NCBI RefSeq assembly: GCF_006345805.1
Contig: NC_043000.1
Location: 61,752,001-61,816,000 of the forward strand
Source of the DNA: Octopus sinensis
Taxonomy: Eukaryota
Reading direction: 5' to 3'
Length of the DNA stretch: 64,000 bases
Shown: positions 60,290-64,000 of the stretch, piece after piece
Numbering within the stretch: position 1 is the stretch's first letter
How the letters are laid out: each line of letters opens with the position of its first letter
The notes under the pieces: model-generated
Seen by the model: the letters and a program-made list of their open reading frames with translations, nothing else
What the model was told of the DNA's origin: nothing
Databases searched by the model: none
Translations under genes and position numbers: made by a program

Positions 60290-61030
60290 AAAAAGTGCTA
60301 AGAATGACTCTAGGAACCGACGTGAAAAGAAATTTGTGCATCGATGAATCGTTTTAGCTATCATATACGTGGCTGAAGTTACAGCTATGCTCCAAGACAA
60401 ATTGAAAAGAATAATGACATTGGGTTATGTGAGGGCGAATTCAAACGACGTTATACAAGCCACCTATCTTCTTTCCGGCACATCGATAAAAGTAATGCAA
60501 TTAAGTTGGTTACCCACGTATGGAATTTGAAGGACGACCTCACAACACATAGACTTAAGTGGAGGATAGTGAAGTAATCCAAGCCATATGGTAATGGATC
60601 TAAGAAATGCAACTTTTGCATAGCAGAAAGATCTCATATTCTTCTTAGATCCAGCAATTTCAAAACACTGCTGGATTCGAGATCTGAAATTTTTAGTAGG
60701 TGTAGACACATGGACAGGTTTCGTTTATCGAAATGGATGGCACCATCCGCTTCGGACTGTGCTGTTGTCTCGCAAACTTTGACATATGTTCTGTTATTTA
60801 ATGAGCTTTCTGCAATCAGGGGGGACGGGGATTTTAGTTTTCTTGATTTCATTTCCTTTTTCTCATTCCAGTTTTGGCATGGACTTTCTTCACATTTTTT
60901 CAGGTTTTTCTTTACATTTTTACGTTCCAGCATCCTTGGTTTTAAAATATGTAACGCTTTGGCAGATGGCGTATTTTATCAACATGCCTGTTCAAGTATC
61001 ATAAAAGCATGAAACTATTAGTATTCATTT
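60290..61030 (+). mobile_element. Penelope-like 3' fragment (GIY-YIG endonuclease plus 3' UTR)
   Basis: IIYVAEV...IGLCEGEFKRRYTSHLSSFRH...LKWRIVK*SKPYGNGSKKCNFCIAERSHIL...LLDSRSEIFSRCRH. Confidence 0.88.
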
Positions 61031-61819
61031 CGGTTATGTTTGTATATATATATATATATAGTTCATAGATGAGATGTAGATGTTCTCAGTATAGAATACC
61101 TTTATACATTAAGCAGTACTCAATATATTCAAACTTGAGTGGGTATAGAAGCAAATGTGACGATAAGCAAATTAGACAGATCAATATATAAAGTATATAA
61201 AATAATGAAATACAGTACATGAAATAAGTACATGAATCTTTGAACAAAGATGAACTCTGTGAACTTCCGTCTTTGATCTTCTCTGTGACATCTCAGAAGA
61301 GATGTAAGATCTCTTCTCCGAAGACGGAGACTTGTCTAATTCTTTGTTAAATGCATCCATACGGCCACATTCTCAGATGCAATTAATCTACAAACATTCT
61401 TCTGGGTCGCCGAGCCCCCAGAAATATCTGTTGGATTCTACACATTCAATTTTCTGTATCATTTGTATTCTGTGTAAGTTGGACCTTTTTATATGTATAC
61501 TTATATACATATTTTGTATTTCATGCATTTACGTTATACGTTATATATATATATATATATACGTTATATATTTATCTGTCTAATTTGCTTGTATATGTAT
61601 GTGTGTGTATGTATATGTATATATATGGTCTTCTAACAATCCATAGATCACAAAATATATACACTCATATGTCAGATATCCATTACTGTCGATATTACCT
61701 ATCGTTTGTGTACAGAGTATTAAGCCGGACGTTAGACAATGTCACGCAGGATTACGTATTGTGCTGCTATGCTGTTTAATACGCAGAGCCAAAGCCGATT
61801 GCTAAGTTACACCGTAATG

Positions 61820-61943
<124 letters not shown>

Positions 61944-61950
61944 CCCTCTC

Positions 61951-62004
<54 letters not shown>

Positions 62005-62012
62005 ATATATAT

Positions 62013-62054
<42 letters not shown>

Positions 62055-62126
62055 AGTAGAAAGCTGTATTTTCAACGCGTAAATACTGAACAGTATATAC
62101 ATAGGATAAAATCATATATATATATA

Positions 62127-62595
62127 TAATTTCAATGGAGGCAATACCAGCGAAAAACTAGAGGAAAATAACCTACTATCCAATAAAATATTCAATACAT
62201 ATGTGTACTTTCCTTGGACCTCAATAAATCAATATAAAGTTCTAGATGATACAGTATTAAAACATACAAGTATATAAATATGAACATTAAATATTTAAAA
62301 ATACGCAAATATTTAAAAAAAATGTTAAATACTTAAAAATACGTTGGCATTATAAATGTATAAATACATATTTATAATGCCAACGTATCTTTAAGTATTT
62401 TTAAATATTGTTAAATATTTGCGTATTTTTAAATATTAAATATTTTATATGCTTGTATGTTTTAATACTGCATTATCTAGAACTTTATATTGATTTATTG
62501 AGGTCCAGTGAAAGAACACATATATATTGAATATTCTATTGGATAGTAGGTTATATTCCTCTAGTTTTCCGCTGGTTTTGCCTCCATTGAAATTA
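62127..62595. mobile_element. Palindromic MITE-like element (~230-bp arms) in TA context
   Basis: TAATTTCAATGGAGGCAATACCAGCG...CGCTGGTTTTGCCTCCATTGAAATTA; arms pair almost to the centre at ~62362. Confidence 0.9.
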
Positions 62596-62669
62596 TAAAT
62601 TGGAACAGCTCAATTAGAACTCTTTAATTCTAGCCTGTTTCTGAGCAAAGTTAACAATCTCTACATTAA

Positions 62670-62711
<42 letters not shown>

Positions 62712-62713
62712 CA

Positions 62714-62815
<102 letters not shown>

Positions 62816-63140
62816 TATACGAAAGAAGACTTGAAAATGCAATTTTAAAGACGTTTATTGACTTGACCGTTTCAGTTTTTTAGAAAAAGATTCTCAAATG
62901 TAAATGTAAAGCTTTGTATAAGATTTATTGTATTAAGTACTGGTCAACACAAAAGTATTACAATATTAATACTTTTGTGATAACCACTACTTAACACAAC
63001 AATGCTTTACATTTTACTTTTAACAATCTTTTTCTAAAAACATGAAATCGGTCAAGTTAATAAACATGTTTAAAATTACATTTTCACCACACCTTCTTTC
63101 ATATATATTTCCGCTCTTGCGGTAGCTCACACCTTTACTT

Positions 63141-63256
<116 letters not shown>

Positions 63257-64000
63257 TGATAGATAGATATAGATATACATATACATATACATATATAGAT
63301 ATAGATATATACACACATACATATATATGTATTAATGTATGTATATACAATGAAGATGCTTTGGGAGGTTATGGAATTAATGCTTTTTGTTATTCCTGTA
63401 GATCTTGATTTCTTTTTTTCCAATTCTATTCAGACTAGTAATATATGAAAACATTTATTGAGTTAAAATTAAAATTTATATCCGTTTTATATATTATGAT
63501 GACACAGTACTCCCAGTATTTATAATATTTTACATATTCACATATGTAATACGTTTTTCCGTTTGTATACAATTATTGTATATTTGTGTTAAAAGAAAGC
63601 ATTATAACATTATGAGAAAAATGATATATAGAAATCGTTACAGAAACAAATCTACTAGTTTACTGGAAAATATTAAAAGCTGAATTGAAGAAATTGGAAT
63701 TACATTCAAAACAGATATCTTCTAAAATTTGAGGTTATTTATTCTGCAACGAGAAATATAAAATATGAGAAAGTGGATTACTTCGCATTTCTACATATAT
63801 AGGAATTTCTATACAGTTAACTGGATCAAATAAAATATGGATCCTCTGCTAAAAACGACCAATCTTTATGAGCCCAAATTGCCGGCATGTACTGCACATA
63901 CTTAGATTTAAAGATGCATTGCAAAATAATCGTGATTCCTATGTGTACAGGGTAGCAGAGCTGACGCCTGTAACTTATTGCATAAGAAATAATCAGCAAT

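Noticed and set aside
61265-61330. Nested small hairpins (CCGTCTT/AAGACGG etc.) suggesting a structured RNA
   Set aside because: No known ribozyme topology; overlaps LRR-like coding relic, so chance is plausible.

Overview
AT-rich eukaryotic genomic DNA, dense in microsatellites. It is most likely from an octopus or other coleoid cephalopod; this is inferred from repeat families recognised from memory, not from a search. I find no intact host protein-coding gene, tRNA/rRNA gene or CRISPR array, and most ORFs in the track are microsatellite artefacts. Recognisable content: (1) many SINE copies; (2) a near full-length decayed R4/Dong-type RLE retrotransposon plus related fragments stacked in (ATT)n microsatellites at 8.9-13.8 kb; (3) four mariner relics, one full-length with mellifera-type TIRs; (4) several Penelope-like remnants with hammerhead ribozyme motifs, including two tandem type I hammerheads 355 nt apart at 49.9-50.4 kb; (5) two long fold-back elements. 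The 'unique' DNA between repeats gives, on the + strand only and read through stops and frameshifts, a recurring LRR, LRR-CT, TM, TIR series. This suggests a tandem array of about 8-9 heavily decayed Toll-like receptor pseudogenes. The TLR calls rest on manual motif reading and need HMM or tBLASTn confirmation.
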